Positions 30,701 to 35,485 of a stretch of DNA of 35,485 nucleotides are shown piece after piece. Position numbers and translations under genes: made by a program. The notes below the pieces were generated by a model, which did not search any database, was not told where the DNA came from, and was given only the letters and a program-made list of their open reading frames with translations. Each line of letters starts with the position of its first letter. The first letter of the stretch is position 1. The DNA comes from Planctomycetota bacterium. GTDB taxonomy: Bacteria; Planctomycetota; SZUA-567; H5-PLA8. The stretch is taken from positions 1 to 35,485 of the forward strand of contig BTVV01000059.1 of NCBI GenBank assembly GCA_045863855.1. Direction: 5' to 3'.

Positions 30701-31088
30701 CGGCCTGTGGAGCAGAGATCGCTGTGAGTAGCCGCGTGACAGAGTCCAAGTCGCGATAGGCATCGTTACTGGAGAAAGATTCCTGGTGAGCCCACTTATT
30801 TCGAGCGGTCTGAAGTTCGCTGACTAAGGACCGTTCGGTATGGCCCAGGGTCCGCTTGAAGGTGTCGTTCCAGTGGTTCCACATGATCGAGAGCAATGCC
30901 TGGATGTCCCACTTCAGGCCGCCGCCCTTGGCCGGCTTGGGGAACTGGTAGTCCTTGAGCGTTTTTTGCAGCTCGTCCTTCCAGGGCTTGCCGAAGGTGA
31001 CTTCCAGTTCCCGCTCGACGAAAGGGGTCAGGCCCTGGTTGAGCAGGTCCAGGGCCTTGCCGATGCGGTCGTGATTGCTGAGGGCCAT
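27717..31088 (-). CDS. DUF499-family AAA+ ATPase with N-terminal Swt1-like HEPN domain
   Basis: N-terminal RNKWAH (Rx4H); LKPWREVVNPH.DV, EFAADL, Walker A QTNFGGGKTHS, Walker B VLIDE, YPIHPE, FQRTRGVLRL. Confidence 0.9.
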   Translation of the reverse strand: MALSNHDRIGKALDLLNQGLTPFVERELEVTFGKPWKDELQKTLKDYQFPKPAKGGGLKWDIQALLSIMWNHWNDTFKRTLGHTERSLVSELQTARNKWAHQESFSSNDAYRDLDSVTRLLTAISAPQAEEVEKQMMELQRVRFDEQMRTEKRKSAGSAIESQAAGNLKPWREVVNPHKDVASGKYQQAEFAADLWQVHEGEGSDEYRKPVEFFRRTYLTESLKRLLVGSVQRISGKGGDPVVQLQTNFGGGKTHSMLALYHLFSGTSPAELPGIDEVLQAAEVQKLPSVNRVVLVGNKISPGNPSKKPDGTEIRTLWGELAWQLGNAAGGAKEAKKAFKRIQADDEKATSPGDALRGLFNDYGPCMVLIDEWVAYARQLHDSSDLPAGSFETQFSFAQVLTESAKLAKSCLLVVSLPASDMSGSPHTQSDDVEVGGQRGREALDRLRNVIGRVESSWRPASAEEGFEIVRRRLFEPITSREDHVARDTVAREFYDMYRTQQAEFPPDSRDSDYEDRIKGAYPIHPEVFDRLYNDWSTLVKFQRTRGVLRLMAAVIHSLYEKGDRNPLIMPANIPIDDPRVQFELTRYLSDNWVPVIEKDVDGPHSLPLRLDGEVPNLGKFSACRRVARTIYMGSAPTAGAANRGLEDRRVKLGCVMPGESPAVFGDGLRRLAGAATYLYQDGPRYWYSTQPTVTKLAEDRAEQYKRNTDAVVKEIDSRLREDLRQAGDFCRVHPLPQSGQDVPDDRDTRLVVLGVDHPYTKEPDNAAIAAAKAILEMRGNSPRLYRNTLIFLAVDKTRLQELDEAVRRYLAWASIVSEHQELNLDPHQFKQAETQKKSAHSVVTARIPEAYQWLLVPKQENPQAPITWEAIKVSSQDALAVRASKKLRNDELLITSFAATRLRMELDRVPLWRGNHVEIKQLAEDFARYLYLPRLQDPEVLLGAIRAGVGLLTWHKEAFAYSESYDEVGKRYRGLRTGQNVPIPDCDVPGLLVKPDIAEAQAETEVAKPGSSSRTKAVGGASGGGATGTGAGGTGQPGVAKEPPKPKRFHGTIILDTARVGRDAGRIADEVISHLAGLMDAQVTVTLEIEAKIPNGAPDNVVRTVTENSRTLKFTSQGFEEE

Positions 31089-31100
31089 TCGATTGCCCTT

Positions 31101-31547
31101 TTAGGGAACCAGGTTCGGGTGATTTTTCTTCAGCCAGTCCAGCACGTCGGCTTTCAGGCCGATGGAAAAATGGAGCAGTTCTTCCGCTTCGGGTTCGCTG
31201 GTCAGTCCCGCCAAGTCGTACTCGACCGCGTTCCGCTTCTTGCGGCATTTGTCCAGGTAGACGGCGTCGTTCGCGCGCGCCGGACCCAGAATTTCCGGCA
31301 GGGCCGCAAGGGTGCGAAAATGCGCCTGGGCTTTTTCCGCCGGAGCGTAGCCGGAGGCATGCAACAATATGGTGCAAAGTTTGAGCGCCGCGTTGTAGGC
31401 GATCCCGAATTTCCAGTCGCTATTCAAATCCTTGATATTCGAGGCGTGCAGATCCCGTTCGATGATGGATACAAGCCCCTCCATTTCCTTTTGGCTGGGG
31501 GTGTGGGGCTTGAGCCAGCCGTTAGTTTGCCAGTCCTTCAAGCTCAT
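31101..31547 (-). CDS. HEPN-domain protein (MNT-associated, Rx4Y variant)
   Basis: AYNAALK, AHFRTL, RKKRNAVEYD, EAEELL; overlaps the upstream MNT gene by 26 bp. Confidence 0.8.
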   Translation of the reverse strand: MSLKDWQTNGWLKPHTPSQKEMEGLVSIIERDLHASNIKDLNSDWKFGIAYNAALKLCTILLHASGYAPAEKAQAHFRTLAALPEILGPARANDAVYLDKCRKKRNAVEYDLAGLTSEPEAEELLHFSIGLKADVLDWLKKNHPNLVP

Positions 31548-32109
31548 CCTCGTCCCCGATCAAGAACAATTTGGGCTCGCGCATAACCGTCGTGAGAAAG
31601 TGATCCTCTTTCCGGACCCGCTGCGCGAATTCTTCCGCGCTTAAGACATGGGGATTGATTTCACGGCCTAGTTTTTCCTGCAACGGACTGGTTTTGGCAA
31701 CCGCCTCTTGCAGGTTGATATTCCCAATCACCATGACATCTACGTCGCTCTCCGGGCGCGCCAAGCCCGACGCCTCGGAACCGAAAACGAAGGCAGCCTT
31801 GATCCGGCGATCTCTCAAGGCTTCGGCCAGCAGCTCCCGCAGCCCGCTGCTCTTGCGCACCAACCCGCGCATCTCGGGGTAAAACGGGTGCCGGGCGTTG
31901 GCCTTGAAGTACACCCGGTTTCCGTCCTGCCGCCGGATCACCAGCCCAAGGGCCAGCAGCTTTTCGAGTTCCCGCTGTACGGCCGAAAACGTGCAACCGC
32001 TGCGCCGCGTCAACTCGCGCATATGAAGCTCCTCGGCCTGCGCACCGAAGAGCAGCCGACAGAGTTCGGCCTTCACCCGCGAGGAAAGTAGCTCGGCCAG
32101 GGCATTCAT
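31522..32109 (-). CDS. Winged-HTH plus minimal nucleotidyltransferase (MNT) protein
   Basis: HMRELTRRSG..SAVQRELEKLLALGLV..GNRVYF (wHTH); FGS-x10-DVD (GSEASGLARPESDVD); LGREINP. Confidence 0.88.
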   Translation of the reverse strand: MNALAELLSSRVKAELCRLLFGAQAEELHMRELTRRSGCTFSAVQRELEKLLALGLVIRRQDGNRVYFKANARHPFYPEMRGLVRKSSGLRELLAEALRDRRIKAAFVFGSEASGLARPESDVDVMVIGNINLQEAVAKTSPLQEKLGREINPHVLSAEEFAQRVRKEDHFLTTVMREPKLFLIGDEDELEGLAN

Positions 32110-32110
32110 A

Positions 32111-32152
32111 TTGACCTATTCTACAGGTCAATTGACCTACTTCAAGGGTCAA
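32111..32152 (-). promoter_or_regulatory. Two tandem 21-bp palindromic operators overlapping a sigma70-like promoter of the MNT-HEPN pair
   Basis: TTGACCT-attctac-AGGTCAA (32111-32131) and TTGACCT-acttcaa-GGGTCAA (32132-32152); minus strand TTGAAG-N16-TAGAAT-N8-ATG. Confidence 0.75.
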
Positions 32153-32166
32153 TCGGCTCCCCTCTG

Positions 32167-35154
<2,988 letters not shown>

Positions 35155-35158
35155 GACC

Positions 35159-35485
35159 TTAGTTGACCCTCACGTTGTAGCCAAAGAAACGCATCCCGCA
35201 GTTTGTATTCTTGTTGCGGAGCGGGTACTTCTCCGAGTAGTAGAAGCCCACCAGTTCCTGGATTGCTGACTTGCCAATAAAATTAAGGCTTCCAAGGCAC
35301 TCAGCCATACGAGTCTTAATAGGGACTTCGTCGTTAACCAGGTTCTTGAGTGCTTCGTGTAGTTGTCGGGTAGAGTTGTTGTTCAGTGCCTTTGTTTTAT
35401 TGATGGGCAATGAGTTCATGCAGTTTAGCTGACTGAAAAGCTCTTCAAATTCGACCTTCTTCAACCCCGTCTTTGCATTGCGGCG
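35159..35485 (-). CDS. 3' fragment of an AT-rich gene, possibly the DNA-binding C-terminus of a restriction-type protein
   Basis: Frame is open to the window edge ([10 protein letters not shown]...); stop lies 4 bp before the methylase [25 protein letters not shown] resembles helix-hairpin-like domains of McrB/PLD-type restriction proteins (recall only). Confidence 0.55.
   Translation of the reverse strand, partial: RRNAKTGLKKVEFEELFSQLNCMNSLPINKTKALNNNSTRQLHEALKNLVNDEVPIKTRMAECLGSLNFIGKSAIQELVGFYYSEKYPLRNKNTNCGMRFFGYNVRVN

Noticed and set aside
32111..32152. Tandem 21-bp units as a mini CRISPR array or IS ends
   Set aside because: Only two abutting units with no spacers, cas genes or transposase; the operator interpretation fits better.

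Overview
GC-rich bacterial chromosomal segment, most consistent with Planctomycetota (inference from the LptE/BamD pair, a transmembrane Ser/Thr kinase with TPRs, and an STN/secretin-N-domain protein). Bases 1-26099 are mostly housekeeping. They carry dusB, hslVU and a secreted GH42-like hydrolase on the plus strand, then a long minus-strand run: kinase, bamD-like, lptE, ftsH, folP, cdaA, cdaR, pdxJ, moxR, hpt, radC and a DUF120 riboflavin-kinase-like gene. After these come a PhyH dioxygenase, an ECF sigma/anti-sigma pair, rpiA and tRNA-Gln(TTG). Directly after the tRNA a putative integrated defence island begins and runs off the right edge. It has att-junction-like repeats, two ORFans and a restriction-like DUF1156 methylase plus HEPN-DUF499 ATPase system. 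Inside that system sits a wHTH-MNT/HEPN pair with its own promoter overlaid by two tandem 21-bp palindromes. Other notable items are a RadC fused to an EndoIII-like Fe-S domain, an anti-sigma factor with secretin N-domains, an ORFan fused in frame to folP, and a structured cdaA leader. All family calls come from motif recognition by eye; no database search was run.
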